A DNA stretch of 64,000 nt from contig DCHG01000062.1 in NCBI GenBank assembly GCA_002315595.1, forward strand, positions 4,076 through 68,075. Direction: 5' to 3'. The first letter of the stretch is position 1. Each line of letters starts with the position of its first letter. A program made the translations under genes and the position numbers. The DNA is from Clostridiales bacterium UBA1758 (GTDB lineage Bacteria > Bacillota > Clostridia > Oscillospirales > UBA1758). The notes under the pieces were generated by a model, which worked only from the letters and a program-made list of their open reading frames with translations, was not told the origin of the DNA and searched no databases. Below, piece after piece: positions 36,248 to 46,250 of this stretch.

Positions 36248-38881
36248 ATGAACGAAGAACTGGCAAAGGTGTATGATCCGAAAGCCGTTGAAGACCGCAT
36301 TTATCAAATGTGGATCGATGGAAACCGGTTTCATGCCGACGTCGACAAAACGAAAAAGCCTTTCAGCATTGTTATGCCGCCCCCGAATGTCACGGGACAG
36401 TTGCATCTCGGTCACGCATTTGACTGCACCCTACAGGATATTCTTGTCCGCACCAAAAGAATGCAGGGCTATTCCGCCCTTTGGCTCCCCGGCACCGACC
36501 ACGCTGGAATCGCAACCCAGATCAAACTCGAGGAAAAGATCCGCAAAGAAGAAGGTCTGACGCGTTATGATCTCGGTCGAGAAGAATTCCTTCGCCGTAC
36601 TTGGGAATGGAAGGAAGCCTACGGCAACCGCATTGTGAAACAACAGAAAAAACTCGGCTCCTCCTGCGATTGGGAGCGTTCCCGCTTCACTATGGATGAG
36701 GGATGTTCCAAAGCCGTCCGTGAAGTCTTTGTTTCTCTTTATGAAAAAGGATTGATCTACAAAGGCAAACGAATCACCAACTGGTGTCCGAAATGCCGCA
36801 CCGCACTTTCCGATGCCGAGGTTGAATATTCCGAACAAGCCGGTCATTTTTGGCATATTCGCTATCCGATCGTCGGATCGGACGAATATCTGATCATTGC
36901 CACCACCCGCCCCGAAACCCTTTTGGGCGACTCTGCGCTCGCCGTTCACCCCGATGATGAACGTTACACCGCATTTGTCGGCAAAAAGGTCATCCTGCCC
37001 CTTGTCGGTCGTGAAATTCCGATCGTCGCCGATGAATACGTCGAAAAGGACTTCGGTACCGGCGTCGTAAAGATCACCCCATGCCATGATCCGAACGACT
37101 TTGAGGTCGGTCTTCGCCATAATCTCGAACAAATTCTTGTCCTCGACAACGACGCAAAGATTAACTCGAACGGCGGAAAATACGAAGGTCTTGACCGCTA
37201 CGAGGCACGCAAACAGATCGTCGCAGATCTCGATGCCGGCGGCTACCTCGTCAAGGTCGAGGATCACGCCCACAATGTCGGTGCCTGCTACCGTTGCGGT
37301 ACGACCGTAGAGCCGATGGCGAGCGATCAATGGTTTGTTAAAATGGCACCTCTCGCCAAAGAAGCACTCCGTGCCGAACGCGAAGGCGAGGTCAACTTTG
37401 TCCCTGATCGTTTCTCCAAAATTTACGAAAACTGGATGGAAAATGTTCACGACTGGTGCATTTCCCGTCAACTTTGGTGGGGACATCAAATTCCCGCATG
37501 GTACTGCGACGAATGTGGTCACACCACCGTTTCCCGTGAAGATGCAACGGAATGTGAACATTGCCACAGCAAAAAAATCCATCGTGAGGAGGATGTTCTC
37601 GACACTTGGTTCTCCTCCGCACTCTGGCCGTTCTCCACGCTCGGTTGGCCGGAAAAAACGCCCGAACTCGACTATTTCTATCCGACGAGCGTTCTGGTCA
37701 CAGGTTACGATATTATTTTCTTCTGGGTTTCCCGTATGGTCTTCTCCGGGCTTGCCCATACCGGTAAATCGCCGTTCAACACCGTTTTGATCCACGGTCT
37801 AATCCGTGACTCACAGGGCAGAAAAATGTCGAAGTCCCTCGGTAACGGCATTGATCCGCTTGAAGTCGTCGATAACTATGGTGCGGACGCCCTCCGCTTT
37901 ACCATTGCCACAGGCAATTCCCCCGGAAACGACGCCCGCTTCTATATGGAGCGTGTCGAAGCAAACCGCAACTTTTGCAACAAAATTTGGAACGCTTCGC
38001 GCTTTGTCCGCATGAATCTCACCGTCGAGGATTCCAAACTTCCCGCCGTCGATCAACTTCGTTTGGAGGATAAATGGATTCTCACTAAACTCAACGGACT
38101 GATCAACGAAATGACCGACAATATCGAGCGTTTTGAACTCGGCGTCGCCGCTTCCAAAATCTACGACTTCTTCTGGGATGATTTCTGCGACTGGTATATT
38201 GAACTCGTCAAGCCGCGTCTGAACGGCGGCCAAGATTCGGAAAACGCACAACGCGTGCTTTGTCATGTACTTTCTACCGCGCTTGCGCTCCTGCACCCGT
38301 TCATGCCGTTCATCACCGAAGAGATTTGGCAGCATCTGCCACATACCGGCGAGGCTCTCATCGTCGCAAAATGGCCGGAATTCAATGCCGAATACGATTT
38401 CCCGAAGGAACGCGAAGGATGTGAAGCAGTCATCGACATCATTCGTTCCATCCGCAATCGTCGCAGTGAAATGAATGTCCCGCCGTCCCGTAAAGCGCAT
38501 GTTTACATCGTCACAGAATATGCCGATGTGTTCCGTTCCGCCATTGCCCCGATCTCCAAACTCGCCAGTGCAGGTGAAGTAATGGTCGTTTCCGAAGCAC
38601 CCGAAGGTGCTTCCGGCATGGTTTCTGCCGTCACCGGCGGTGCGACCGCCTATATGCCGATGGCTGATCTGATCGACTTTGAAGCAGAACGCGCCCGTTT
38701 GAATAAAGAACTCGAAAAGGCCGAGGGCGAACTTGCCCGCGTCCGCGGGAAACTCTCCAACGAGTCCTTTATCTCCCGTGCCCCTGCCCAAGTCGTTGAT
38801 GCGGAACGCGCCCGTGAAGCGCAGGCCATCGCTCTGATTGCAAATCTCCGCGCCAGCCTTGACGCATTGGCAAATGCCTGA
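36248..38881 (+). CDS. valS: Valine-tRNA ligase
   Basis: [12 protein letters not shown] (HIGH motif), KMSKSLGN (KMSKS motif), and a C-terminal coiled coil. Confidence 0.95.
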   Translation: MNEELAKVYDPKAVEDRIYQMWIDGNRFHADVDKTKKPFSIVMPPPNVTGQLHLGHAFDCTLQDILVRTKRMQGYSALWLPGTDHAGIATQIKLEEKIRKEEGLTRYDLGREEFLRRTWEWKEAYGNRIVKQQKKLGSSCDWERSRFTMDEGCSKAVREVFVSLYEKGLIYKGKRITNWCPKCRTALSDAEVEYSEQAGHFWHIRYPIVGSDEYLIIATTRPETLLGDSALAVHPDDERYTAFVGKKVILPLVGREIPIVADEYVEKDFGTGVVKITPCHDPNDFEVGLRHNLEQILVLDNDAKINSNGGKYEGLDRYEARKQIVADLDAGGYLVKVEDHAHNVGACYRCGTTVEPMASDQWFVKMAPLAKEALRAEREGEVNFVPDRFSKIYENWMENVHDWCISRQLWWGHQIPAWYCDECGHTTVSREDATECEHCHSKKIHREEDVLDTWFSSALWPFSTLGWPEKTPELDYFYPTSVLVTGYDIIFFWVSRMVFSGLAHTGKSPFNTVLIHGLIRDSQGRKMSKSLGNGIDPLEVVDNYGADALRFTIATGNSPGNDARFYMERVEANRNFCNKIWNASRFVRMNLTVEDSKLPAVDQLRLEDKWILTKLNGLINEMTDNIERFELGVAASKIYDFFWDDFCDWYIELVKPRLNGGQDSENAQRVLCHVLSTALALLHPFMPFITEEIWQHLPHTGEALIVAKWPEFNAEYDFPKEREGCEAVIDIIRSIRNRRSEMNVPPSRKAHVYIVTEYADVFRSAIAPISKLASAGEVMVVSEAPEGASGMVSAVTGGATAYMPMADLIDFEAERARLNKELEKAEGELARVRGKLSNESFISRAPAQVVDAERAREAQAIALIANLRASLDALANA

Positions 38882-40158
38882 TGACACGCTTTGATTATCC
38901 CGGCGCAGTCGAATACATTCATTCGATCCGACGCTTTGACCACGAGCCGACGCTTGATCGCATGACCGAACTTTTGCGACGTCTTGGAAATCCCGAAAAA
39001 AAATACAAAATCGTCCACGTTGCGGGGACAAACGGAAAGGGCAGTACCTGCGCTATGACCGCCTCGATCCTCCGCAACGCGGGTTACCGCACCGGGCTTT
39101 ATATCTCGCCGTATTTGGTGGAATTCAACGAAAGAATTCAGCCGGATTGCAGACCTTGTGACAAAGATCTCCTTGCCGACGCCGCAGGCGAGGTCTTTGA
39201 TGCCGCAGGAGATCTGCCCGTAACACAGTTTGAATTCATTACTGCAACGGGGCTGGTTTGCTTTGCCCGCACGGGTTGTGAATTCGTGGTACTTGAAACC
39301 GGCATCGGCGGACGCTTTGATGCGACAAGTGCCGTATCGGCGCCGGAGATCTGTGCGTTGACCTCGATCTCGCTCGATCACACAAAACTCCTCGGCTCAA
39401 CGATCACTGCGATCGCACTCGAAAAATGCGGCATCTTCCGCCCCGGTTCCGATGTCGTCGTCTGTCCCGGTCAATCGGAAGAAGCGATGGCGGTCATTCA
39501 ACGCGAATGTTTGCGTGTCGCCGCCGAACTTGTTGCGCCGCCATACGCAATGTATTCCTGCTCTGAACCGTCGTTGAAAGGCGAAAAACTATCCTATCGC
39601 GGGTTGCAGATCCATATTCCACTGATTGGAAAGCATCAGGTGCAAAATGCACTGACCGCAATTGAAATCGCATTTGCATTGAAAAAGCGTGGATTTTCAA
39701 TTACTAATAGAGATATTATTGCAGGAATATACAAATCGGAATTTCAAGGTCGATTTGAAATTTTATCAAATCATCCGCTTTTCATCATTGACGGTGCACA
39801 CAATCCCGATGGGGCACGTGTTCTTTCGGAAGCGATTACCACCGTGCTTTCGGGACGAAAACTCATCGCGATCCTCGGTGTGACCTCGGATAAGGACACC
39901 GCATCCGTTGTGGCGCAGATTGCACCGCACTGTCACACGGTCATTGCCACCTCCGCCAACAACCCCCGTGCGCTTGCGCCGGAAGTCACCGCAACTCTTG
40001 CCGCACCGTATTGCGATAATGTCGAAGTCGCCTTTGACTGCGACGCCGCCCTTACGCGTGCGTGGGAACTGGCAGGTGCCGAAGATGTCATTCTTGCCTG
40101 TGGCTCACTCTTTATCGCAGGAGAAATTAAAGGCATTTTCCTTCGTTCGACAAAATAA
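38881..40158 (+). CDS. folC: Bifunctional folylpolyglutamate synthase/dihydrofolate synthase
   Basis: VHVAGTNGKGST is a P-loop. The gene follows valS with a 1-nt overlap, as in Bacillus. Confidence 0.9.
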   Translation: MTRFDYPGAVEYIHSIRRFDHEPTLDRMTELLRRLGNPEKKYKIVHVAGTNGKGSTCAMTASILRNAGYRTGLYISPYLVEFNERIQPDCRPCDKDLLADAAGEVFDAAGDLPVTQFEFITATGLVCFARTGCEFVVLETGIGGRFDATSAVSAPEICALTSISLDHTKLLGSTITAIALEKCGIFRPGSDVVVCPGQSEEAMAVIQRECLRVAAELVAPPYAMYSCSEPSLKGEKLSYRGLQIHIPLIGKHQVQNALTAIEIAFALKKRGFSITNRDIIAGIYKSEFQGRFEILSNHPLFIIDGAHNPDGARVLSEAITTVLSGRKLIAILGVTSDKDTASVVAQIAPHCHTVIATSANNPRALAPEVTATLAAPYCDNVEVAFDCDAALTRAWELAGAEDVILACGSLFIAGEIKGIFLRSTK

Positions 40159-40177
40159 AATACTAAAAAATGGTAAA

Positions 40178-40212
40178 ATCCCCGTATGCAACGCATACGG
40201 GGATCATTTTTT
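40178..40212 (+). terminator. Rho-independent terminator after folC
   Basis: ccccgtatgc-aac-gcatacgggg is a stem followed by atcatttttt. Confidence 0.8.
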
Positions 40213-40228
40213 ACAAGGAGGTCTTATT

Positions 40229-40531
40229 TTGACAAACGGAACATATCGTTTCGCCCTGATGGGTGAACTCGACCACCACGGTGCACACAACATTCTGCGT
40301 GCAGTTTCCGCCGCCATCGAACAAAATACGCCGCACTATCTGATACTCGACTTCGGCGGCGTCAGTTTTCTCGACAGTTCGGCAATCGCAGTCATCGTCA
40401 ACGCCTATCGGCAAATGACGCAGATTGGCGGAAATCTTCGTGTCGAAAAAATGAGCGATCAGGGCAGGCGCGTCATCCACGCCGCCGGTTTGGATCGACT
40501 GATCAAATTTCAAACGGAGGAAAAAATATGA
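40229..40531 (+). CDS. spoIIAA: Anti-sigma-F factor antagonist
   Basis: STAS domain (LILDFGGVSFLDSSAIAVIVNAYRQ). The TTG start at 40229 lies 6 nt after AAGGAGG. The longer track ORF from 39908 overlaps folC. Confidence 0.85.
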   Translation: MTNGTYRFALMGELDHHGAHNILRAVSAAIEQNTPHYLILDFGGVSFLDSSAIAVIVNAYRQMTQIGGNLRVEKMSDQGRRVIHAAGLDRLIKFQTEEKI

Positions 40532-40971
40532 AACCGGACAACGAAATCAGCCTCAAATTCAAGAGTCGTTCGCAAAACGAACAATTTGCGCGTGCCGCCG
40601 TAGCCGCATTCGCCACACAACTTGATCCGACGATCGAAGAACTCGGCGACATCAAAACCATCGTCAGTGAAGCCGTCACCAACGCCGTCGTCCACGCTTA
40701 CCCCGATCGGCTCGGGGAAATTTACATCAAAGCAAAATCCTACGCCGACGCCCGCCTTGTCATTGTTGTCCGCGACCGCGGTTGCGGAATTCCCGACATC
40801 GAACATGCGCGTCAGCCGACCTTCACCACCGGCGGCGACGAACGCTCCGGCATGGGCTTTACGATCATGGAAAGTTTTTCCGATGCACTTTCCGTCCGTT
40901 CTTCTCCCGGTCGCGGAACGACCGTGACGATTTCGAAATACATCTCATCGAGGCGACACGGTGCGTGCTGA
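40528..40971 (+). CDS. spoIIAB: Anti-sigma-F factor (serine protein kinase)
   Basis: HATPase_c motifs EAVTNAVVHAY, DRGCGI and GMGFTIM. Confidence 0.9.
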   Translation: MKPDNEISLKFKSRSQNEQFARAAVAAFATQLDPTIEELGDIKTIVSEAVTNAVVHAYPDRLGEIYIKAKSYADARLVIVVRDRGCGIPDIEHARQPTFTTGGDERSGMGFTIMESFSDALSVRSSPGRGTTVTISKYISSRRHGAC

Positions 40972-41659
40972 TCTTTTGTCCGCCGCAAAGCAAGGTGACG
41001 AGTCCGCCTGCACACAGATCATCAGCGAAAACACAGGTCTTGTGTGGAGCATTGCGCGGCGTTTTTTCGGGCGCGGAACGGATCCCGACGATCTGTTTCA
41101 ACTCGGTTGTATCGGGCTGATCAAGGCGGTTCGTGGCTTTGATGAGGGCTACGGAACACAGTTTTCGACCTATGCCGTACCAAAGATTTTGGGCGAAATT
41201 CGCAGATTTTTGCGTGACGACGGCAATGTGAAAGTCAGTCGCACATTGCGTGAACGCGCCGCAAAGGCGACAATGATAGCGGACAAACTATCCCTCACTC
41301 TCGGTCGTCCGTCAACGATTTCGGAGATCGCCGAGCAAATGGATCTCACCCCCGAAGAAGTTTCGGAAGCGATCTGTGCCGCCGAGCCCGTTGCGTCGCT
41401 GGACGGACGCACCGACGATGATTCGGCGGCAATGGAGGATTTTTTAGGCGACGGCGGAATGGAAGACGCACTCATCGACCGAGTGTCCGTGAACGACGCT
41501 CTGCAAAAACTCCCCGACCGCGAAAAGGAAGTCATCGGACTGCGCTATTTTCGCGGGCTGACGCAGGTCAACTGCGCAAAAATCCTCAATGTGTCGCAGG
41601 TGCAAATCTCCCGCATCGAAAAACGTGCTTTGGCGCATTTGCGGGAACAATTTTATTAA
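40961..41659 (+). CDS. sigF: Sporulation sigma factor F
   Basis: Sigma-70 regions 2-4 (DLFQLGCIGLIKAVRGFD, YAVPKILGEIRRFLRD, TQVNCAKILNVSQVQISRIEKRAL). GTG start. Third gene of the spoIIA operon. Confidence 0.9.
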   Translation: MRADLLSAAKQGDESACTQIISENTGLVWSIARRFFGRGTDPDDLFQLGCIGLIKAVRGFDEGYGTQFSTYAVPKILGEIRRFLRDDGNVKVSRTLRERAAKATMIADKLSLTLGRPSTISEIAEQMDLTPEEVSEAICAAEPVASLDGRTDDDSAAMEDFLGDGGMEDALIDRVSVNDALQKLPDREKEVIGLRYFRGLTQVNCAKILNVSQVQISRIEKRALAHLREQFY

Positions 41660-41678
41660 TTTGCACCTTTTCGATCCG

Positions 41679-43148
41679 TTATGCGTTTTTGCCGAACACG
41701 CAAAAATCAACCACACCGATAGAAATTCCGTCCGCCCATTCAAGGATTCGTAGACGAACATATCGGGCAACCTTTGCCGGGAAGGAACGGTACGCGATAT
41801 TTTCTTCGATGTTATTGTCGCTTTGATCAAGAAGAATCTCCCAAGGACCGTCGATCGAATCGGCACATTCAATGACATATTTTGTCGGTGCCGGGACGAT
41901 TCCTGCGTCGTAATCAAGACCGACATCCCGCCAAATTACACGAGACGCCCCGCAACAACGGCTTCCTTGCAGATCGACCGTATAAGTCGGCATTTTATCA
42001 TCAGGTGCCGGTTGCCACCATGTCAGCATACTTTCATCGACGGCGTAAAGCGGGTTGCGTCCGTCGATAAAACTCGTCGCACGCAATGCTTTTCGGTTTC
42101 GGTAAAACAGCGGTGCAAGCCCGGTCGCGGTATTGCCGCGTTTTGCCTGTTCGGTTGCGGGCGCAAATCGAGGGGTGTCCGTGATCTCGGGGCAGAACAA
42201 AAGTCCGTTTTCGTCCATAAAGACCTGATCCATCCCGATTCTGCGCTCATAACAATGCTCATAGCAGACCGTTGTGGTATAAAATGTCCAAATCGTATCA
42301 TTCGGACCATCAACGACGCAACCATGTCCCGCACCAGAAACCAAACCTCTGTCATGCCGCGTCAGCGGATTGTTCGGCTGATATTGAAAGCCGGAAAGCG
42401 GGCTTTCGTCCGAATAATAGACGCCCTGCGCATATGCGCTAAATTCCGTACCGCAGCCGGAATAGATCAGATAATAACGACCGTTGCGTTTATACATCCA
42501 CTGACCTTCAATCCAGCCGAGTGAGTCGTCCTGATTGTGTTCACCGAAACATTCCCACCGGTGTTCAGGGTTGAATGCGTTGATTTCGATCGGATCGGTG
42601 GTGAAACGTCGCGGATCGTCCGGCGAAAGACGCACGCCGACAGTGCCGATGGTTGTGCCGACACCGTTCGGGCATTTGACATCACTGCACCAGTAAAGGT
42701 ACAATTCGCCGTCATCATCGCAGAACAGTGCCGGATCGGCAACCACAAGTGTCTTGCCATCCGGCGAAATAAATTCACCGAGCAACTCATACGGACCTTC
42801 CGGACGATCAGCGATGTAAAGCGGGCGATTTAATCCGCAAAGGAGAATTTTCCCCTTCCAAACACAGATCGCAGGACTGTAAAACACATCATGCAAAGTG
42901 CTACCGTCCGTCAGTTTGATATCAATATGTGTCCAATGAACAAAATCTTCCGTGACATAGGCAATCTCATAACTCGGAAAAAGATACCACTTACCCTCAT
43001 AATAAAGCACGCTCGGATCGGAAATCGAACGATAATCCGCAACGGGGATCCCGGTAAATCTCATTCCATTGGGGTAATCCACGCCACGCGGGCAATTTGG
43101 CATGGAGATCGGATTGCAATATGTATCAAATGAATGAATGTCCATCAT
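41679..43148 (-). CDS. Glycoside hydrolase family 43 protein with a C-terminal discoidin (F5/8 type C)-like domain; no signal peptide
   Basis: DPSVLYYEGKWYLFPS and repeated five-bladed-propeller-type segments. The C-terminal 130 aa ends in a galactose-binding-like pattern (ARYVRLRILEW). Confidence 0.75.
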   Translation of the reverse strand: MMDIHSFDTYCNPISMPNCPRGVDYPNGMRFTGIPVADYRSISDPSVLYYEGKWYLFPSYEIAYVTEDFVHWTHIDIKLTDGSTLHDVFYSPAICVWKGKILLCGLNRPLYIADRPEGPYELLGEFISPDGKTLVVADPALFCDDDGELYLYWCSDVKCPNGVGTTIGTVGVRLSPDDPRRFTTDPIEINAFNPEHRWECFGEHNQDDSLGWIEGQWMYKRNGRYYLIYSGCGTEFSAYAQGVYYSDESPLSGFQYQPNNPLTRHDRGLVSGAGHGCVVDGPNDTIWTFYTTTVCYEHCYERRIGMDQVFMDENGLLFCPEITDTPRFAPATEQAKRGNTATGLAPLFYRNRKALRATSFIDGRNPLYAVDESMLTWWQPAPDDKMPTYTVDLQGSRCCGASRVIWRDVGLDYDAGIVPAPTKYVIECADSIDGPWEILLDQSDNNIEENIAYRSFPAKVARYVRLRILEWADGISIGVVDFCVFGKNA

Positions 43149-43609
43149 ATCCTCCTGTTTTTTGTTTTCAAATCAGTATGTGTCAATTCCGTGATTTTGA
43201 TATGCGCATATCCGAATAAAACGGCGACCGCCACAAGGCTCCAATGGCGAAGCAGGGCTCCGCAAAGCAGGAATATGGCCGTCGGGATGACCGACAAAAC
43301 CATACCTTCGCGATAAGATTTCTTTTTTCCGTATCTTATCCATTCCAGATAATAAACAAAAAGTGCCACTGTATTGAAAAGAAAATAGACCTCTAATTCC
43401 GCCGCACTCGAAAATCCGAATTTCCACACAAAAACAGGCAGAAGCATCAAGCATATGCAACCGATCCTGCCGATCCATTCACAGATCGTCAGGTGTTTCG
43501 GCAACGTTACGGCCCCTGCGTTACGATTTTTCAACGAATAAACAAGATTTGGTATCAAAATCAGAAAAACGATCGCCGCATTAAAAAAGTTGATCCATCC
43601 GAATTTCAT
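43145..43609 (-). CDS. Small polytopic membrane protein, function unknown
   Basis: 4-5 predicted transmembrane segments. ATG at 43609 is preceded by GAGGG. The stop overlaps the GH43 start (ATGA). The track ORF extends to 43768. Confidence 0.5.
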   Translation of the reverse strand: MKFGWINFFNAAIVFLILIPNLVYSLKNRNAGAVTLPKHLTICEWIGRIGCICLMLLPVFVWKFGFSSAAELEVYFLFNTVALFVYYLEWIRYGKKKSYREGMVLSVIPTAIFLLCGALLRHWSLVAVAVLFGYAHIKITELTHTDLKTKNRRI

Positions 43610-43822
43610 CCGTTTGCCCTCGCTTGTCTGAAATATGTATGGTTCGCTCGTCAATAATTCTCTTGCTATACTCATTTTGCTCGATATTTCACGAAAACCA
43701 GCATTCGTTATTATTTTTTCGTTGTGTCGGATTGTTTTTTTCTTGCTTTCTATTTCAACATTACGCAAAGCGGATAATGTTTAGGTTCATGTGTTTCCAA
43801 GGAAATCAATCGATTGATAAAA

Positions 43823-45274
43823 TTACTTTTGGGAATGATAAAACACGGTTCGAATTTTAGAAAATACCTCTTTCACCAACCTGTCCTTTGCCAAAACCGC
43901 GCATACGAAATACACACTGCCTCCAATCAAAATTTGTAAAAATGTTGTTGACAATTTTGACGGAAGCGTCCTTGTAGCAAAAGCAATAACAAAGTACATA
44001 ATAACCGCTTGTACAGCATAATAAAGAGCCGTCCGTAGAATCCCCTCAAATTTAATCTGTTTTGTCATATAAACATATTGAATAACTGCACAAACACAAC
44101 TAGTTAAAATCGTCGCAAACGCCGCACCCATAAATCCATATTTCGGGATCAATACCGCATTTACCAATATGTTTAATATCATTGCACTAAACTGAGACAA
44201 CATCAGAATTTTGACTTGATTTGTAGCAGTAAAATATTGACTTCCGGAAACCCCCATCAAAGTATTTGTCAATAAAATCGGTGCCATAACCTTTATCGCT
44301 TGCACCGTTGGAATGAATTCATTTCCCAAATACCACGGAATGAATTTTTCTGAAATTGCAATCATTCCAAGCATCGCAGGAAAAGAAATAAATAACAAAC
44401 ACCTCGCAGATTTATTTAACAAACTCTGTATTTGTTCTTTATTCTCTCTTTTAAATTCATTTGCAATCCTAGGCATTATCGCATTATTAATCGCCAGAAT
44501 AAATGCCAACGGTATCGTGAGTATTTTTTCCGAGTAATCATAAAACGCAACTGCTTGAGAATTATCCGTCATCAATTCTATCATTATTTTATCACATTGC
44601 GTGTAAATAATCGTGCCTACCGAAGGGAGAAATAGCAATGCTGAATTGATTAAGTCCGTTTTAACATTGCTGAAATCCAAATGTGGCTTACGAACATATC
44701 TCTTAATTTGCGTAAATGAGATCGCATTTGCTAATGCTATCGATATCCCTTGAATAAATAAATATTTATCGATATCATTACTATCTTTAACAAATAGGAA
44801 AATGCTAACCACCGCGATTATTTTAGTCAGCATATTTTTCAATAATGCCCACTTCATATCCTCAACACCCACAAAAAGCCATGTCGGATCTATGAAATAG
44901 CCTATCATATAGGAATAATATATCAAAAACAGACTTCGATATTTTCCGATAGACATTGTAACTGCAAAGTATACAACCGAGCCGAAAATTGCAATTACCA
45001 CTCTTGACGACATTATTTGCCAAAAAACATTTGATATTGCATCCGGATCGTCCCGAACATACGCAATTTGTCTATTCCCATAGTTATAAATACCAAGTAT
45101 TACAATAGAGCAAATTAATGTTGTTGCCGAATTTACATAACCGTATATTCCTGTTCCAATCGGTCCCAATATGCGTGACAAGTAAGGCGCAGTAAAAAGC
45201 GGAATAAGCATCGAAACCATTTGGTATATCAAATTATATATATAGTTTTTGGTAATCTTTCCCATTTTGTTCAT
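43823..45274 (-). CDS. wzx: Oligosaccharide-unit flippase (Wzx, MOP superfamily)
   Basis: 12-14 TM protein with N-terminus NYIYNLIYQMVSMLIPLFTAPYLSRILGPIGTGIYGY, typical of polysaccharide flippases. Confidence 0.8.
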   Translation of the reverse strand: MNKMGKITKNYIYNLIYQMVSMLIPLFTAPYLSRILGPIGTGIYGYVNSATTLICSIVILGIYNYGNRQIAYVRDDPDAISNVFWQIMSSRVVIAIFGSVVYFAVTMSIGKYRSLFLIYYSYMIGYFIDPTWLFVGVEDMKWALLKNMLTKIIAVVSIFLFVKDSNDIDKYLFIQGISIALANAISFTQIKRYVRKPHLDFSNVKTDLINSALLFLPSVGTIIYTQCDKIMIELMTDNSQAVAFYDYSEKILTIPLAFILAINNAIMPRIANEFKRENKEQIQSLLNKSARCLLFISFPAMLGMIAISEKFIPWYLGNEFIPTVQAIKVMAPILLTNTLMGVSGSQYFTATNQVKILMLSQFSAMILNILVNAVLIPKYGFMGAAFATILTSCVCAVIQYVYMTKQIKFEGILRTALYYAVQAVIMYFVIAFATRTLPSKLSTTFLQILIGGSVYFVCAVLAKDRLVKEVFSKIRTVFYHSQK

Positions 45275-46248
45275 TTGTTTTTTTGTTTTTCATATTTTTT
45301 CTTTATCTTAAAATAACTGAGGGTTTTTTTTATTGAAATTCGATCTCGGTTTTGCATATACACCCTATAATAATATGCCAGTTTGTTTTTCTTGCCATAT
45401 TTTTTTACCAAATCGGAAGTTATTTCTCCATCGAATGACTTAATAACATCCGGATAGATCAAAAAACGGTCGAAAGAATCAACCCAAAGTTTCATCGGTC
45501 TGCAAAAAAAGTGAATATACAAATATTCCTCTTGGAACAAATCACTGCTTGCATTAATATAATAGCGAGATAGTTTTCCTTTTTCCCACAGAAATAAATT
45601 AAACTTATTTTTCCAGGCCTCGCATTTCTCTTTTCCCTGCAAGAAAAAACCGGCTTCGTATTTCTCCAGTCCGGCGTAAACAGTATCGGTAAATGAACGA
45701 AATTGGTATTTTTCATATATTTTTCGAATCAATTGAACATCTGTACAACAAATTTCGTCTGTTATAAAATCGTCATTGTACGATTCATCCTCTATTGCTA
45801 ATCTATACCGTAAATTAACTTCGGGATTATTTCTGTAAATCGTCGCATGACCCTGATTTCCGATTTTTTCATATTTCTGCAACATTTCACTTGTGTAGAA
45901 CCGTCTGATATTCCCCCACAATAAATCAATGTCGCAGTATCCCCAAAAATCAAAATCTTTTAGATACTCATGAAAAATATCACCGTACGCCACTTTATAG
46001 TCACACAATTTATAGGGTGTTTTTAGATTTATATGAAAATCGTACTTCCTCTGAATAAAGGACTGCATTTCTTTAAAAGACAGGTAAACAACTTTCACAT
46101 TTTCCGGGTACTCGTAGCAAGTATCATCATCAATAAACAAAATCCAATTAATTGTCGGGTTGTATTTGCATGAGTTTAACCACATTTGAAAATATGATGG
46201 TAAATGACCGAAATACAGAACAACAAAGCAAATACTGATTTCATTCAT
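45271..46248 (-). CDS. DUF6625-like protein (putative glycosyltransferase seen in capsule loci)
   Basis: VVLYFGHLPSYFQMWLNSCKYNPTINWILFIDD and FWGYCDIDLLWGNIRRF match what I remember of this family. The biochemical activity is not established. Confidence 0.5.
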   Translation of the reverse strand: MNEISICFVVLYFGHLPSYFQMWLNSCKYNPTINWILFIDDDTCYEYPENVKVVYLSFKEMQSFIQRKYDFHINLKTPYKLCDYKVAYGDIFHEYLKDFDFWGYCDIDLLWGNIRRFYTSEMLQKYEKIGNQGHATIYRNNPEVNLRYRLAIEDESYNDDFITDEICCTDVQLIRKIYEKYQFRSFTDTVYAGLEKYEAGFFLQGKEKCEAWKNKFNLFLWEKGKLSRYYINASSDLFQEEYLYIHFFCRPMKLWVDSFDRFLIYPDVIKSFDGEITSDLVKKYGKKNKLAYYYRVYMQNRDRISIKKTLSYFKIKKKYEKQKNK

Positions 46249-46250
46249 AA

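Noticed and set aside
36431-39031. Two long minus-strand ORFs (454 aa and 406 aa)
   Set aside because: They are antisense to valS and folC. These are shadow ORFs caused by codon-position GC bias.
39908-40228. Long 5' extension of the spoIIAA ORF
   Set aside because: It overlaps the 3' third of folC and the folC terminator. The STAS domain begins at TTG 40229, directly after AAGGAGG.
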